Of a DNA stretch of 64,000 bases, positions 62,162 to 64,000 are shown piece by piece. The stretch is from Acidobacteriota bacterium (lineage in GTDB: Bacteria; Acidobacteriota; Blastocatellia; UBA7656): assembly GCA_016201275.1 (NCBI GenBank), contig JACQDB010000030.1:65864-129863 (forward strand). Direction: 5' to 3'. How positions within the stretch are numbered: the stretch's first letter is position 1; the number at the start of each line of letters is the position of its first letter. A program made the translations under genes and the position numbers. Below the pieces are notes generated by a model that saw nothing but the letters and a program-made list of their open reading frames with translations, was not told the origin of the DNA and did no database searches.

Positions 62162-63106
62162 TCATTTCATATCCATTGCCAAAGAAAGTTGCACTTCGGT
62201 CTTTGGCTTTTTCACAGCTTGCTTGCCTCGGTTGCTGGCGGCAAAGCCTGCCTTAATCAACAACGCTTCGTCCATTTCGTTACGCAGGCTTTCGCTTGCA
62301 CCAACATGATAGAAATGACTGCATACGCGCAACTCAAAATCAGACCAACAGTCAACTACATGAGAGTTTTTTCGATAGCGGTTTTCAAGCCACATGGAAA
62401 CCGCAAATCCGCAAGGCAAGGACTTGGCCACAGCAGAAAGTTTCATTGCCTCTGAATCATCCCAAGCGTTGTAATAATCGGTGTGCCGCCCAATGTAGGG
62501 CGGGTCTAAATAAACGAAATCTTCCGGCTGCGCTTCCCCCACCACATCCTGCCATTTGGCAACGCGAAACTCCCAATCCAGGTCTTTCATTTGTCGGGTT
62601 GCCCAGCCCACTTGATTGACGATTTTTGTAATGTAGGTGGGCGCGAATCGTTGTGGCTTGTGACCGAACGGCACATTGAATTTGCCTTGACGATTGAAGC
62701 GCATGAGGCCATTGAAACAAGAACGATTGAGAAACAGAAAATCAAAAGGTGAGGCGAACTGATTGAAGCGTTCGCGCACTTCATAATAGTAATCCTGACC
62801 GCTGCGAGCGAGTTTTTCTCCTTCGCAAAACAGAAATTCCCGCACCGCAGCTTGATGGATTTCGCCGCTCTGAATCGCTTGATAAAACCTGATGATGTGA
62901 AGGTTGGTATCGGTGAGCAAGGCGCGCTCGGGCTGTAAATTGAACGCTACCACTCCCGATCCTAAAAATGGTTCAACCCAGCGCGCTTGCTCCGTCGCTG
63001 TCCATTTAATGCTACTGAAAATGAACGGCACTAATTTCGTCTTGATGCCCTGACACTTAATTGGCGGAACCTTTACTTGTCCGATTTGCAACGGCAGTGC
63101 ATTCAT
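62162..63106 (-). CDS. Dam-family (D12 class) N6-adenine DNA methyltransferase, M.EcoRV-like
   Basis: VPPIKCQGIKTKLVP and WVEPFLGSGVVAF (FxGxG), YYYEVRERFN, FLFLNRSCFNG, and DPPY. The blocks are collinear with M.EcoRV as recalled. Confidence 0.9.
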   Translation of the reverse strand: MNALPLQIGQVKVPPIKCQGIKTKLVPFIFSSIKWTATEQARWVEPFLGSGVVAFNLQPERALLTDTNLHIIRFYQAIQSGEIHQAAVREFLFCEGEKLARSGQDYYYEVRERFNQFASPFDFLFLNRSCFNGLMRFNRQGKFNVPFGHKPQRFAPTYITKIVNQVGWATRQMKDLDWEFRVAKWQDVVGEAQPEDFVYLDPPYIGRHTDYYNAWDDSEAMKLSAVAKSLPCGFAVSMWLENRYRKNSHVVDCWSDFELRVCSHFYHVGASESLRNEMDEALLIKAGFAASNRGKQAVKKPKTEVQLSLAMDMK

Positions 63107-64000
63107 TTTTGACCTCTTGGCGAAATATTTTTATAAGCGAAATAGGTCGCCAGATTTTTATAAGGCGGTTTTTCCAAATCCACGGCGCGAGCCATGTCAG
63201 AGGTGAGATAATACATCCAGTAATCGTCAAAGACCGCTTCGCCCAATGCTGCAAACGGCCCATTCCCAATTATCAGTTCGGCAATTGTCCAGACCGCGCC
63301 TATATTCTTGGTGTTGCCGCTTCCCGGTTGATGATTAGCGATTCGATATTTTGGTTGAACGAAAAACTCCACGTCTTTGATAACCGAAGGTATTTCTTCC
63401 AGGTCATCAAGAGAGTGCAATTTGAATTCACTGATTTTCGTATCTACTCTAGAATAAATCACGCCAAGCACAAAGTGACTGGCATACTCACCGTAAGGAA
63501 AGGTCGCATTCTTCGTCGAACTGCGATTGCGAAAGTAACCCGTAAACGCCCCCAACGTCATCGTGTTTACTTTCTCGGAATTGATGCGATAGGTACTTTT
63601 CAAATCTACTGCAAACTTGTTTTCGCTTTCATCAACGAAGGTTAAATCGGGATAGTGGTTCTGCTCACGCGAAAGAATCACTTTCAATTTGTGTTTGTCC
63701 GCAAAGGCGAGGAAATGCGGAAAGAGCATCAGTTCGATGAGTTTTGAAATGACTTTCGTATCGCCGGAAATCGTATAAACATTTTTGAAAATATCTATGA
63801 ACCCCTTTACCACCCAATCGCCGTTTTCACTGGAAATGAGCTTTTTATCATTGAGGTTTTGAATTTCTGCTTGAAGAAGTTTCAGGAAAGCGGTGGCTGC
63901 CTGTTTATCATCCTTGCCGCGCCCCCCGTTACTCCAATCCAGATTGCTGAGATTGTCTGGAAGGTCATCAACCGCCTTTCGCGCTTTCCCTGGCCGATGA
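63103..64000 (-). CDS. EcoRV-family type II restriction endonuclease; N-terminus runs off the window end
   Basis: The frame is open from 64000 down to the stop at 63103 (the ORF track shows only the part from an internal GTG). SGDTKVISKLIEL, QNHYPDLTF...VDLKSTY (PD-(D/E)xK) and GSGNTKNIG (EcoRV recognition loop GSGNTTNIG). 4-bp overlap with the methylase gene. Confidence 0.8.
   Translation of the reverse strand, partial: HRPGKARKAVDDLPDNLSNLDWSNGGRGKDDKQAATAFLKLLQAEIQNLNDKKLISSENGDWVVKGFIDIFKNVYTISGDTKVISKLIELMLFPHFLAFADKHKLKVILSREQNHYPDLTFVDESENKFAVDLKSTYRINSEKVNTMTLGAFTGYFRNRSSTKNATFPYGEYASHFVLGVIYSRVDTKISEFKLHSLDDLEEIPSVIKDVEFFVQPKYRIANHQPGSGNTKNIGAVWTIAELIIGNGPFAALGEAVFDDYWMYYLTSDMARAVDLEKPPYKNLATYFAYKNISPRGQK

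Overview
All but one gene in this window lies on the minus strand. The first ~51 kb is one large polysaccharide (EPS / O-antigen-like) biosynthesis and export locus. The last ~13 kb holds secreted proteins, a glycogen phosphorylase, a candidate defence island and several small palindromic repeat elements.

Contents of the polysaccharide locus:
- asnB-type amidotransferase, truncated at the window edge.
- Two GDP-mannose 4,6-dehydratase paralogs (gmd); one is paired with GDP-fucose synthase (fcl).
- A CDP-glucose pathway: rfbF, rfbG, an RmlC-like epimerase, a sugar C-methyltransferase, a DegT aminotransferase and a CmcI-like methyltransferase.
- Nine or ten glycosyltransferases (GT4, GT2, two ArnT/PMT-like membrane GTs, a tandem GT4 fusion).
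- Seven SAM-dependent methyltransferases.
- O-acylation machinery (MBOAT + AlgJ/DltD-like, OafA-like, hexapeptide acyltransferase, ACP fusion, GNAT, polysaccharide deacetylase).
- Export genes: Wzm/Wzt ABC transporter (Wzt has a C-terminal carbohydrate-binding extension), Wzc BY-kinase, Wza exporter, O-antigen-ligase-like protein.

Downstream of the locus:
- Two secreted hypotheticals, an SLT lytic transglycosylase and a possible VirB9/TrbG-like secreted protein.
- glgP and an S4-domain protein.
- An unusual AAA-ATPase::Ser/Thr-kinase fusion next to an EcoRV-like restriction-modification pair (M.EcoRV-like Dam methylase plus an EcoRV-family endonuclease truncated at the window end).

Other observations:
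- Two families of MITE-like palindromic repeats, two copies each; family A shows TA target-site duplications.
- Several other large intergenic palindromes.
- A frameshifted partial duplicate of a GT4 gene carrying a 140-bp stretch identical to its parent.
- No rRNA, tRNA or CRISPR array was found.
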